Assembly (NCBI GenBank): GCA_976226885.1
Contig: OZ320318.1
Span: 35,402,001-35,466,000, forward strand
Source of the DNA: Iphione sp. A-MEVVRFRX5
Lineage: Eukaryota
Direction: 5' to 3'
DNA length: 64,000 nucleotides
Under the pieces are notes generated by a model. That model worked only from the letters and a program-made list of their open reading frames with translations. It searched no databases and was not told where the DNA came from. A program made the translations under genes and the position numbers. Shown here piece by piece: positions 36,624-49,275 of this stretch; within the stretch, counting starts at the first letter, position 1; every line of letters begins with the position of its first letter.

Positions 36624-36770
36624 CATGCCCATAGCCAAGGGGGTATCGGAGGTATCGTCCGATATCCCCCACACAAGTTAATGCCTTTATACATGCATAA
36701 AGATGGTATCAGGTGTTCCACCTCTGGGGTATTAGGGGTATCGTCCGATCAATACCAAAATACCCTTAGG
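36624..36770. mobile_element. Partial copy of MITE family A
   Basis: catgcccatagccaagggggtatcggaggtatcgtccgatatccccc resembles the left end of 15039; no right TIR found. Confidence 0.5.
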
Positions 36771-39700
36771 TCTTAATAAAATTTCTGTGTTTCTGGCAAC
36801 CCGACGAACCCTGATTCCTGCCCTAATGAATTTTTCTTGTTTTGTGAATATCTTCAGACTGAATAATGTTAGAGACATATACTACAGTATACACTATTTT
36901 CTTCCTCGTGACATTAGCTTTCATATGATACATATTTCACTAGAATCCAATCAGGAGAAGTGACAGTATCAGGCTTGACAAAGACTGACTATCTGTTTCA
37001 AGAGTGACTTTTATATGGAATAAGAAAAGGAAACCACCGACTGACCGACTCTACAATTTTTCATCATGTTACCGGAGACACAGATAATTTTAGACCTTAT
37101 AATGACAGTTAAAAATCCATCAAGAATAATTTCAAAAATAAAATCAGAAATGAATATTTTCATAAGGAAAAATGGTTGATGATATCTGTGATGGCCCTTA
37201 AAGTGAACTACATGCATCTGTAGATCTTCACTGAACAGTCAGCAGTGAGTAGATTGCTGATGTAGCCTCTAAGATTTTCGTTTGCTTAATTTTAACTAAT
37301 TTAGACGAGCTAGGGAGGGCTGGACAGAATGAGGTACAACGAGCGTATGATATCCTCATTTAAGACCTCTTACCCGCATGATTCGTCGCCACCCGCCCTT
37401 GAGTTTCACAGTGTCAGCCACTGATAAAATCTCTAAAGTAAATGTTCACCCCGTCCGCATTGAAGCACCCACAACTTTGTAACCATGATGGTGATTCATC
37501 CTTCACGGTAGATCGGTCTTTCAAACCAGATTTAAGGAGGTCAGAGTCCACCCTGTCGATCCTGGACATAACGGAGGGATCTTGAGGAGGTGTCGAGCCA
37601 GGCTCGTGACTTACTGGCATCCTCTTGGCTTTTAATACTGCGACGGTATTGTCTTGTAAATCTGGTATCTGGAACATTTATGAGATACCATTCAATATTG
37701 CAGTTCCTTTATTGTCGTATGCTAAACATCCACAGTTTCAATCAGGGCTTCCGTGCTGTTCTCATACACATATTTACCAGCTATATATATTGGCTGTGCC
37801 GCTGGGAGATGCTTCAATTCTAACGAAGTGGAAGCAAGTACAGTGTTAGCGGCTATCCAACTCATAGTATTTTGTAACGCCATATAGAGATAAATTTTCA
37901 CTGTCTTCATTTCATTTCATTGTATCTTTTACCAGTAATATATTCACCTATCCTACGACAGGGATCTCTTCAGCAAAAGTGACCGTTGTTAACCATTTTG
38001 TGACTGTTTTTGAATTCTTGGAGGAGCCACTTCCATGAAGGTGATCAGTAACTCATGGGGATGATTTTCTGTGTTGTTGTGTTCATGAAAATAATAAACA
38101 GGAAAGTGTCTCTTACACTCCTGACTGTGATAAAGTAAAATACTCGGATCTAAAAAATCGAAAAGAAAAGAAAATGGTTCGTGCGTTCGTACTGTCAATT
38201 CGAGGTTCAAATCAAACCTTCTACGTGTCTCTGCTTTGGTTACCCACCTAATTCCACGCGATGCCTGAAGATGAAGAAGGTAGAGGGCAGTGTCCTGTAT
38301 CCACACTAGAGGGCAGCAGTTGGTCGTGGTCTTTCCTATCCTTTTTATATAAAACGTTTTCATTTATTTACCAAAGAGGGAACTATTTAATCAAATGAAG
38401 TCTTTCATAATCTATATGGTCGGTGAAATGTTAGTATCAGATAAACACGTTTTTTAAAAATAAAACGTTAGGGGCGGGATGCTACATGAGCGTTGATTGA
38501 AATATGATAAAAGTATCCTGCTAATCGCAGATGTCTCACCTTTTCAATAAAACCTCAATATTAACAAGTACCATTAGCCTTATACACCGTGTAACGAAAA
38601 TTTCCAATCCCTTAGATCTGTGCTGTCTTTTACAATATCTCCAGGTGTGTTTGCATGTATGCATGTTTATTCAGAGTGAAGAGTCGAGATACATCGATTT
38701 TCGTCTTGCACTCGTGCAATCTTGATTAAAGTACCGGTACTTGTGATATATTCGTTCCTCTTTGTTAGTGTAGATATTTAGAGTATGGTATATAATTTAA
38801 GATTTATATACAGTATTGTAAGATATTAGTCATGCTCTAAGAGCCATTGTTTATAATATTGCTTAAAATCATATATGGTAAGACCAGCATCTGGTTTGCA
38901 TTGTTTGTACATGTATTCGATTCTCTCTGTACTGTATTTCTTGTATATTTTGGTATTACTTCCTTGATAAATATGGAGAAAGGATACACATTGAACAAGA
39001 CAACATTTATTTGCGGAACCTAACCGAGGTGGCACAGATTATCTGGCACCACTAAGCCCCGTATTTCTGATCAGGCCTGCTTTGCATACGTCCAGGTTGT
39101 ACACCTGCCGATGGGAGTGGCCTCAGGTCACAGAATGGCAAAAATCATTTTAGTTTGTAGCTTTCGACGTGGTACCCATCCACATGTATGGGTGCGAAGG
39201 CTTACTGGTTCGCCAGATCATACACATTGAAACCATGCCTAAGGTAGAGTTCGTTCAAATTACTTTGTGACTGTCATGAAATAGAAAGTTCCTTCCTCAT
39301 AAATTCAATTCCTTAGATCCGGGACATGCTAACACCAAAATGTCATTACTACTTTGAGTTGTTCATCTTGCATGGTGCATATATTTATTAACATGAGTAG
39401 TAATACTTTTCACCCATGAACATATATATATTCTGTATGTATATATATATTTAAGATATCCACGTGAATGCCTTCCAGAGCATAGAGCTTTATCTGCAAT
39501 GTAAATTACCAGTACAAAGTCGTCAGTAAGACACAGGTGAATCGGGGTAAATGGCCAGATCCATAACATAATTTAAACAGTCGGTGTTAAAAAGGCCTTA
39601 TAATTCCTCATTCTCTGAAGACCATTATTTGTACAGTGTGTAAATCGAAGAAAATAGGTTACAGTACATTGAAGTAAGACGTCATTCTAGCATATGCGTA

Positions 39701-40624
39701 AGGGAGCCAGAGCATCAATACTGCGCTGTACAAAAAGAGTGATTTAAGCCATTCATTAATAACGACAGGATGTAAATGAGTACAGCTTTGTTAATTAACA
39801 GCGTAACAAGATATCAGCGCATTGGAAGGAAAACATCAGAAGCTCATGACCTCGGGCAAAGGAGATATCCGTGAATTAATCGAAATCTTTACCCCATTTC
39901 GTAGTTGATATCACTTATTTTATTTACATCAACTAACATACATATAAAGGGTTTATAAAATCTATCATGCTCTTGTGAGCACTGCTCTATTCCATTCTGA
40001 ACCTGCTAGACCACGAACATCCTATCTCATTCCTTGACAAACCAGCAACACGTGTGATAAACCGAAAGAGTGGTCTCATGGGTACCTTATTACAGTGTTT
40101 CTTGCTATTTAGCAACTCGAATGATATAAATAGCTATTGAACCATACGTACATATATATATATATAGTTGGAGGTTTTGTAACATTTAACAGAGTTTTGT
40201 TAGCAGCCCAAAACAATTGACAAGTGCTAGTTCTCCACTGGTTGTTTTGGATGGCTGTTATTATCCTTTTTAATTCACTGGTATTTAGGAGGGACCTTTT
40301 TTCAATTCAGATGAGCTTCGGAAAAAATTAGTGAACAATACCATTTCATTCTACCTCGACGCAAAACGCCTATAGTATGGAGATACGTAATGTCTGTGGT
40401 CACGGTGTGACCATTAAAAAACCATAGAACCGTAAAGATTAATCAATTTAAGTCTATTGAACAAAGATATGTGTGAGCAATCGCTACTGTAAGAAGTGCC
40501 ACCAATATTGTACCATTTATCTCATCCGTCTGTTATTGAGTTTCGTTCAATACCCTGTTACCGTAGTAGAGGACTACCAGCAACGTTATACATAGAGAGA
40601 GCAGCTTTCTCTGGTCCAAGAGGC

Positions 40625-40738
40625 CTAAAGTCTTGTGTTTTGAACCACCGCTGTGTTTCTTGTTTTGAGGAACTTTACTACAATACTCATTGGATGAAGA
40701 AGACTCAGTAGAGCCACGCTGAGAAGAATACGGCTCAC
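40625..40738 (-). CDS. SLC43A3-like: SLC43A-family transporter, last coding exon VSRILLSVALLSLLHPMSIVVKFLKTRNTAVVQNTRL*
   Basis: Acceptor ctcttttcag, phase 0; TM12 ending in HP as in SLC43 proteins. Confidence 0.8.
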   Translation of the reverse strand: MSRILLSVALLSLLHPMSIVVKFLKTRNTAVVQNTRL

Positions 40739-41105
40739 CTGAAAAGAGTAATAAGTATGTTTGGTAAAGGGTGTATGACCAGTTTAACCGCGACGCACCT
40801 GTTTAATGTGCGATGTAAACCCTGCCCAAGTATACCATTAACAAACTAGCAAAGAAGCCTAAGCTTATGGCCGTGTTTGGAAAAGGTAAGCGTTAGGGAG
40901 TAAGTAGGTTCGAGAGGAAGTAATTAACCTGTATCACTGTAAAGTTTGTAATAATGTTACTCAAGACTTAGTTTTAATTTACTATGACCTGGGATATAAA
41001 ACGTTATAAAGAGAACTATTTTAGTGTCATTATCTTCATAATATCTAGTAAAAAGAATTTCGCTATTGGGGATTAAGACAGTCCCTTTGAAATGTCAATA
41101 TGGGA

Positions 41106-41450
41106 GGGGAGTTAGCTCTGTTGGTAGAGCACTGGTCCACTGATTGAGAGGTTCTAGGTTCAATCCCCGGTCTGGGACTCTTAATCATGACCAGACAGAT
41201 TTACTGTAGCCCCAACCCAAAGTGGTCCACAGCTCACAAATAAGGCTGTGGGTGTATAGGATTCTGTTCCCAATGCACACAAAGACCCAAGAAACCTATT
41301 TGAAATAAGAGTAGGGGGCATTCCGGTTTTTCGATTCTTAATGATAAATGGTAGTATGCTACTCCAGGAGGATATGAAAGAACCTTGACATGATGATAGG
41401 TGAATATCTATTTCCTGGAATAAAAATGACATGAAATGAAATAAATGATG
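41106..41450 (+). mobile_element. tRNA-derived SINE with a Deu/Nin-like central domain
   Basis: A box TAGCTCTGTTGG with GCTC/GAGC D-stem, B box GGTTCAATCCC (41157-41167), no valid acceptor stem; 41275-41330 resembles the Deu-domain consensus as recalled; A-rich tail. Confidence 0.6.
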
Positions 41451-41679
41451 CATGAAGTAGGTGTAGCCCTATGAATGAAAATAGCTCTTGTGAATGTCCC
41501 TTTGCTAGATGATGTACATCAAGCAATTCTCTTTTCAAGCACAATTAGTTTTCTACTAGTAGCTGAAAACTACATCGAATAAACCTTCATACATACAGCT
41601 TTTTTTAAAACACGGTAAGATAAATTATCAGTTTTGTATGGTTTTCAACAGTCAATCTTGCTGATAATCAGAATTTTAC

Positions 41680-41794
41680 CAGGGAAAAGCCATAGAGCTC
41701 CACCAAATATATGCATCCATAAGCAATCGCCGGAGACACCGCGCCCACTCCAAAGTTGAGTCCATTTAATATTCCTATATGGGCAACTGGAAAG
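41680..41794 (-). CDS. SLC43A3-like: SLC43A-family exon FPVAHIGILNGLNFGVGAVSPAIAYGCIYLVELYGFSL
   Basis: Acceptor tacatttttag, donor gtaaaa, phase 2-0; matches the FPxEHFGxLxG motif. Confidence 0.85.
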
Positions 41795-42206
41795 CTAAAA
41801 ATGTAAAACGATTAATGTGCACCTTTTATGAGAACTACTTTACAAACCGAAACCAGGTGAATGGGGTTTGTGTGCACTCGATGAAAAAATGTCTATATTT
41901 ATTTAAGCCTGAGTTAAAGATCATATGACTACACAATTGTTAAAATGAGTTTTTTTCTTGCTACCAGTCAATAATAGAATCACAATGTGAGCTGTCTTCT
42001 GTCAGTTGAAGCATTGACCGTTGTTTTCATATTCAGAATAACGTTTTTGAATGAAAACCAACATTTGACAAAAAACACTGAAGCAAAGTGTTGACATTTC
42101 AAATAGAATCTACCAAAAATGTGCCTGATACTCCAATAGAAAAACACAGCAATAAACAATGGCGTATTAGATCCATTCAGAATACGACTTTCAAGAATGC
42201 ACTCAC

Positions 42207-42428
42207 GATAGTGATATAAAGGCACTTTGATTGCCATAGAAAAAGCCTCTACATATTTCAAGACAAACAAAAACAAGATAGACACTCCATTTTTTGTTCA
42301 CATATACTGCAATCACGTCAACAACCATAGAGGTGGTGGCCAAGAGGAGTCCTGGGGAGGTAATGATGGCAGTTGAATATTTATGTTGGACAATACCTCC
42401 TGAAAGATAACACAAAACTCTGTCAATA
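42207..42428 (-). CDS. SLC43A3-like: SLC43A-family exon ...VYLVFVCLEICRGFFYGNQSAFISL (acceptor uncertain: 42428, 42419 or 42399)
   Basis: Donor gtgagt at 42206; RGFFYGNQSAF resembles SLC43A3 RSFLYGSNAAF. Confidence 0.8.
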
Positions 42429-43130
42429 CTGAGAAATAAGATCCATACATAAATGCACGGGATCTTTCTTTGATATTTTGAAGATCACCCAGCATATAAC
42501 CTGAAGTTCATCCAGCATATAACCTATAACATATGTGCTATACCTAGCATAATTGCAACTCTCGTTCACATTATCTAAACTATATAAAGTCAAAGACATA
42601 ATCAACTATTTTATAATATTCTTAACGTTATTCATGGCTAGATGTGAGTCAACATGAGGATATATTGTGGAATATACCCATAAATGATACATGGAAATCA
42701 TCTCAGTCATTCCTTAATAATATGACGGTGTTAAAGAGGCATGAGAATCTACAAGCAGTCACTGTCACCTCTATTCACTCAATGCGACACCGGCATAATT
42801 ACTGTGGATTGTACATAGTACGTGAAACGACATTCATTGGTACTTGCATGTGAAGTAATGCCGGCAACCCATTTTCACCCTCACGCAAATATTTGTTGTA
42901 TAGGGAGACACTATTAATATCTGTAGTTATATTGCAAACACTTCAATACACGGTTATACTACTCGTATATGATCGATTCTTTGATAATCTGGTTTCATGT
43001 GAGATGTCGGCTTCCCAGATGTGATCATCGGGGAAGAGTGCACTGCATTTATGGTTTTTTGATTGTGTGCATATGGAGACCTACCATCTACATTTACTTA
43101 TACTTGTAAATAAAATTCATATGACAGAAC

Positions 43131-43239
43131 CTGCCTAATAGCTTTGCAGTCATCAACTGGATAATTCCACCAGCAACAGGCCCGGTGACCAGTCCACTGG
43201 TAAATTGGATGAAGGCATACATGTTTAGGTAGAAGCTCA
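43131..43239 (-). CDS. SLC43A3-like: SLC43A-family exon VSFYLNMYAFIQFTSGLVTGPVAGGIIQLMTAKLLG
   Basis: Acceptor ttcttctccgcag, phase 1; resembles [22 protein letters not shown]. Confidence 0.85.
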
Positions 43240-43401
43240 CTGCGGAGAAGAAAACAACTAATCACACATAGAAGAAAAGTGGATGAATTCTTTATCTACC
43301 AATAAATTATTACACACCACTTAGATTCAGGTCTCGTGCAGAAATTCATCCGCCCTAAAATGTTTTATATGGGATTTGTGTCGACATAAAAGAAGATATA
43401 C

Positions 43402-43987
43402 CTCGTTCTTGGTCTCCTTGGAATATTTCTTTAAGCCAAACGTTCAATATCCCAATATGTAGAGTTATCAGTGTGGATATGATAGTGCAGTAAATAAGAT
43501 GTATAATGTATCTGAAACTGAGGATGTAGGTTAAAGCACCGTGGCCATTATGTTTGGCTTCAGCCTTTGGACTAAAGTCACTATGTATTTGACCATCGAT
43601 GCATCTTTGGTCATTGCTGAACCTTTCGACCTGTGAACCAAAGTTTCTAGGCAGTGACTGTTCCTTACAGTGTTCACGGGGATTTCTTATATCATGGCCA
43701 ATAGAATAGATTTCAGTTTTGGAGCCTCTCACAAAGGCTTCATCATGTTTGACCTTGGAAGATGAAATATCTGTGTGCAAATTCTGTCCTGTTTCACGTG
43801 CTGAGTTTGGCATTTTGCAGGTGTTTTCATCCGTCTCTCTGCAAGGTACTTGATCGTTTTTTCCTTTACTCTTCTGCAAGACCTTATGACGTGGTAGGAG
43901 GCCAAAGGTTGTAGCAACCACTACAAACCATAAACTTGAATGAACGAGAAAACTCCAACGACGACTGATACCTGTATCGAAGGCAAA
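43402..43987 (-). CDS. SLC43A3-like: SLC43A-family exon covering TM6, the large cytoplasmic loop and TM7 (FAFDTGIS...LLPRH...IGILNVWLKEIFQGDQER)
   Basis: 586 nt, phase 0-1; resembles GISLRASF...LLMPR and IGTLNSLL...GGD of SLC43 proteins. Confidence 0.85.
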
Positions 43988-44637
43988 CTGATCGGCAGAA
44001 CGATTAACAAGGATTCTTTGTATGCTAAATGAGACAATGCATTTCATAGAAAATTCGCACATTACATTTACATACTGGAACTCTATTAAAGCCCTGACTT
44101 TTATAACGTACCCCAGCATGTAACTAAATTTCATTTTCTTGGCATGCATCAGCGTAGAGCCTGGATGCCAACCCACCGTATGCCAAGTCAAACCCGTGCT
44201 GAATCACAACACCATAGGCGTGCATCTAATTAATGAATGTAGCATATAAAACGTAAGAGAATCCTCTATGTATATCTCAGAGCACAACGCGATGTAAACC
44301 GTCCCATCAGGACAAATTTATGCACGTAAATAATTGTGCTTTTTCGTAGTAGTAGTTTTGTTACCAGTTTGGTAATAAAGTGTGTTTGAGCAAGTCAGCT
44401 ATGTAAGTTGATATGGCATGCATCGTTTTGTACTATTAGTGTGTTTCCTTTGCAATTAACACTAATCAGACAGGAAGACTTTATCACTGACTGTTTTTAG
44501 ACCATGTTATAAAATCAGATTTCACCGTCTTGTAAGCAGGTATATTATTCTCCCCGTCATCATTTTGCTATCCAAATTTTGGATCGAGAACCAAAATATG
44601 AACAACTGTGCAATTTTGTTTTGTTCAAAATCATGTC

Positions 44638-44862
44638 AGTAGTTAAGTATGTGCACCAGATAGTGTGTTGCCTGATGCAAATAAGTTTCCTCCCAAGTCT
44701 CGTCTTTTTGCATTCATCTGAAACTAAGAACAGGCATGTGCTCTACCATGATCAAAGCAAACAGTACATCCCTACCAACTGAAGTGAGTATATGTACAAT
44801 GGACTGCGACCAAGGTGATCATTCACAGTCCTGTCTGTGAGCTGAATTTTAATGAGGATCAG
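44638..44862 (+). repeat. Polinton left TIR
   Basis: AGTAGTTAAGTATGTGCACCAGATAG... aligns with the reverse complement of 62608-62831. Confidence 0.85.
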
Positions 44863-47842
44863 AAAATGACGCAGTTATATCTCTAGAGCAAGGCATAACA
44901 TGAATGTGTTTGACTAGAACTGAGGTGTTTGAGAAGACTCCTTTCACCAACCCCACCAGCTCAACTTTCCTCTGTTTAGCAGCTAAGCAATTGACTAAAG
45001 GGAATGAAATATCTAGGTAACATAGAACCTCGCTTTTTTTTAGTTTAGGATATGAGGATCCCCTGAGGGGATTGATCCAAAAACTGTGATTCACTGATTA
45101 TGTTTTTGCTTCATCCTATGATTTGACTGATGATGATGTTCGATTTTGTCCAGATCTGGACAAGGTGCTCCACCTGCCAGGGCAGCACTGGCCCCTGTAC
45201 TAGGTCAGAGGCCTTTTCTTGAGAAAGCCTTGGAGAAGGGCTTATGTCTCTGTTTGTAGTGTCTCTTGGTGTGGTATGGGTCCTGCTGGGGCAGCTGGCT
45301 AGTAGATTTGGCATCTGATGTCATTGTCTGCAATGCATGGCCATGTGAATGGCTGTGGGCTGGGCTGTTACATGCCTGTTAGGTGTTGGGGTCTGAGAGT
45401 CTTTTGTAGCCTGTTCAGGTCTCCTGGGTGGCGGCTGCTTGCTGGAGGGTCAGTTGTTGATGCCCTAGGCTATGGGATGTTTATTTTACAGAGAGCCAAT
45501 GTCTGTGTGTGGTACAGAGTTTTTGGTGTCAGCAATTCTGGTGTGGTCTTGGAGTTTTGTTGAGCTGGGGATGTGATGACTTGGCATGTTGGGCAGCCAA
45601 TGCAGTGATGCAGGAATATGCTAGTCTCTCTTCCAATGATGTCTGAGGATGATGAAAGGTTTATGCCTAGTGATTCTATGTAAAGTCTCCAAAGAATTGT
45701 CCACCCGCACTTGACTCTTGTCTATGTGACAACCTTATTTCGCTGATCAAGTACACCTGGCTTGAAATAAAGAAAACAGATTTTGCCACAGCATGTAAAA
45801 CTCTTCCTTTCATTAGTGTTGCTTCAGCCAATTCTAAAATGTCTAGGAGTCTTATAAACTTATAAATATAATTTCACCTGCTGAAACTGAAGGCGCAATG
45901 TATCTGCAATGTGAAGATCTTGAAGTCCTACATTGCATGTTTGTAGGAGGGAATTACCCTATGGATTCCAATCTCCTGGCCAAATCTGGATTTTTTCCCT
46001 CGGTAGTGACAGAGTGAAGTTTTTTGTACAATGGAATCAGACTCTATGTCTCTGTGTATGTTTATTCATCAGGCACATGGTCAGCCTAAACATGCTTATG
46101 TTCTTGCTACACTCCTTAATGATATGAGTGATCTAATATATCAGATGAAGCGTATGGAGTTGCAAGTTTCCCATGAAATCTCACGTGAAATCTCCATGTT
46201 GACCTATGAGGTTGAGTGTTATTGTGAAGTGTGATGAGGATGCGATTAGGTCAAGAAACACAGACTTCAACTGGTTACTTTTTAAGTTTTAAAAGCGGAC
46301 TTCTTTAGAAGTCTGAGTGCTTGACTAGACTGTTAGCCAGGATATCTAGTGGTCAGGATTTGGAGTTTCAATCTAGTTCAGTTGCACTCAGTTATTTTAT
46401 ACTTATGAAGCCATAGCAGTGGTAGCTTTGACAAGTATTGTCATTAACCAATGAAAGTGGGTTAATCATATGCAATGAATTATAATCCTGACTGGTGTTT
46501 TATGATGTTGCAAAGTGAAACACAAATAAAGTACAATAGAGTCTTGATTTCCGACCTCTGCGATTTCTGACCAAAACAGCCATTCCAACCATTTGAGTTT
46601 GGAACTGAAATTTTCTTCATACATAACCTATATGATTGATTATCGATTTCCAAACAAATCAATTTCTAACCATTCTCAGCATTCGACCAGTCAATACAAG
46701 ATTAATTTAGCTCTATCTTACTATCGATTTGTGACCTCTCTGATAAACAATGGTTAGGAGAAGCCGGGGATGTCAACGGCGACCTCTCTGATGTCTCTCA
46801 CACCCTGGAAGGGCTGTCTATTATGTGAAAGATGATATGAAATATTTTCTAATTTGCTTATCATTTACATAAAAACCACACAGTTTCTACAGAAATGCCT
46901 CTGCCATCATGACAAACCACACAATTTCTCCCAGTATGCCTCAGCCTCCATGACAAACCGCACAATTTCTACTAACCTCACCTCCTACACAAACTTGCGA
47001 ATATCTCCATTCTTGCTTTCTGCTGCCATTTAGTGTTAAAAATGCATCAAGCAACTAGTCAAGAATTCAAGCACATTGGCTCAGCTGGTTTCATGGTCAC
47101 AAAAGCAAGGTGCCCTGGCCTATAGATTCCAGCCACTTGCTACCAGGTTTGAACCCAGCTCTGATGATGGTGCTCATCCCAATGAGGAAGAAGAGAATAG
47201 TGGAAAGAAGGAAAGTGATGAGAGCAGACTGTGGCCCAGGATGGTGAAAATATAGGTGCAGCTTGCCACGGTCACTCTATTCAGAATAGGCTTGCCACTT
47301 TCCCTTCTTGGGTCAGAAAATACAGGTGGCTTTCTGTCAGTTGCATCCTGAATTCAGATATTGAGAACTGTTGACAACTAGCATATGACTTGTGTTACCC
47401 AGGATAGATGTGGAATTGTGGAACCCAAGGCATTTTTTACTCTAAAAAAACAGATTAAGTTAGTATTGCTCAGTGAGACAGTGGTACATATTGACATTAA
47501 AATTCGACATTACCAGCCACTCGTACGTATTGAAACATTTACTCAAACTTTACATGGAGGTAAAATTGTTTTATTATCATTTTTTTGGGTGGGGTCATGT
47601 GATTTGGTTAGAGACAGAAGGTATTTTCATGAGTCACTTCTGTCTGATCCACCACCATCTCTTTCGTGATGGGAAAGAAGAAAAGTCTGGAATTTTTAAT
47701 TGTGAGGGATCAATAGACATAAGGACAAATATCCCTCCGAGGAAACTTTGGTCAAACATTATCTGAGGGTTTTGAAAAATATTAACCTCCAAAATATTAT
47801 ATTAGAGAGGACATATTCTTGCTGCATTATTTATGCTAGGCC

Positions 47843-48268
47843 ATGGGAAGAAGAGCATACAATATACTAATCACAAAAGGAATGATATGTAATACTTTCA
47901 CCTGGCAAGCCATCAAAGAAATTCCACATCTGTTTGATGTTATCACTGAGCTAGAAGATGTTCCTACTAAAACTGAATTGATGGAGAATGTTTATGTTTA
48001 TATTCTTCATGATAATTACCAGGCATTGAAGGTTACAGAGGATTGCACAGGGGAAAATTTTACAGATCAAGCATCAAACTGTTTTGCTAATGCCATGGCC
48101 TATATTGCTTCTTTGTATGGAATCAATTTATTTTATACCTATGAAGACAGTGCTGATTTCTTAATGCAACAATATCCAATACAGATCCTGACCAAACAAA
48201 CACCAAACAGGATTTACATGATAATTTATGAACATGTAAAGGTTGAAGCATCTGATACTATTTCTTGA
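47843..48268 (+). pseudogene. Unidentified 141-aa ORF remnant inside the Polinton boundaries
   Basis: Protein-like composition, with broken upstream frames from ~47660; no family recognised. Confidence 0.3.
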
Positions 48269-49275
48269 CATGTAGTTGTTGAATACATTAATCCATATAA
48301 TTTATAAGAAGAGTAGTGGGATATGTCACTCATTTATTATGCATTAAAAGTGATCTAGCCAATATTTAAACAGGCTGTACCTTTAAAGACAACTGGAGTG
48401 CATTGTCGCATACATAAGGTCTATTGCGTTAAAATGTGGAAGAGCAAATCACATGCAAACAGATAGAAAATAGAAAGATAAAGTTCCAAAGTACAGGTTT
48501 TGACAGAGGATGATTCTTTGAAGATAATTTGCAGGAAGACTGAAATATTTCACTATGTCAAAGTTCCTATGGACATCGTGTTGTGGGTAATTGAACATAA
48601 GGAACTCATTCATAAGGTGAAGTAAACTAGTGAAGGAGATAAATTGCTTTGCACTGATATTCTGAATTAGAAAATCACTATCTCTTATTTCATGGAGGTT
48701 TTTACATTGGGTTTGATAAATATGGTGATGTCGGAATAAGAAATGGGTAAGTCACACTAGTAATTTAGATGGTTGAGGCTTTATTGAGCATATTGTAGGA
48801 TGAGATTCAGACTTAGGCATGGATCCATACGTGGATGTGTTATCTCACATTTATTTAAACTCATCATTACTATATATGTATTGCAAGTTGAAATAGGTTA
48901 ATCTTCAACTGGATGAGTTTCACAAGTTAGAAATGTAAAAGAAAGAAATCTAACAGAAGTAGAAGGGTCTCCTTGATGGGTCTCCTTGATGTGTGTAAAA
49001 TTGGTGACAACGGGAGATTGTCTATAGCATTGGTATTAATTCAGTAAAATCAGAATCATGGTTTCTCTCAAGGGACAATGCAAATGATGATGCCGTTATT
49101 GTGATAGATAATCTGGAAGACAGAGATAAGTGTGATATTGAAATTTTTGGTTAGGAATTTCTTTTATCAAGCGCAAGAGAGAGAGATGAAAATGTGTACA
49201 AGTATATTCTACAAATAGAGTTCGAAATATGTATAAAACACATTTATAGTGGTGCACAGTGGACAGGCTGCACAT

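Noticed and set aside
37989-38363. 124-aa ORF
   Set aside because: No recognisable domain or consistent splice model
41106-41180. tRNA gene
   Set aside because: The D-arm and B box are present, but the acceptor and anticodon stems do not pair and a SINE body follows
47110-47165. B-box-like GGTTCAAACC on the minus strand
   Set aside because: No A box or tRNA-like fold at the right spacing
48990-49040. TTGDCL resembling an OTU protease GDGNCL motif
   Set aside because: Too short and followed by a stop; counted only as unidentified Polinton-internal sequence
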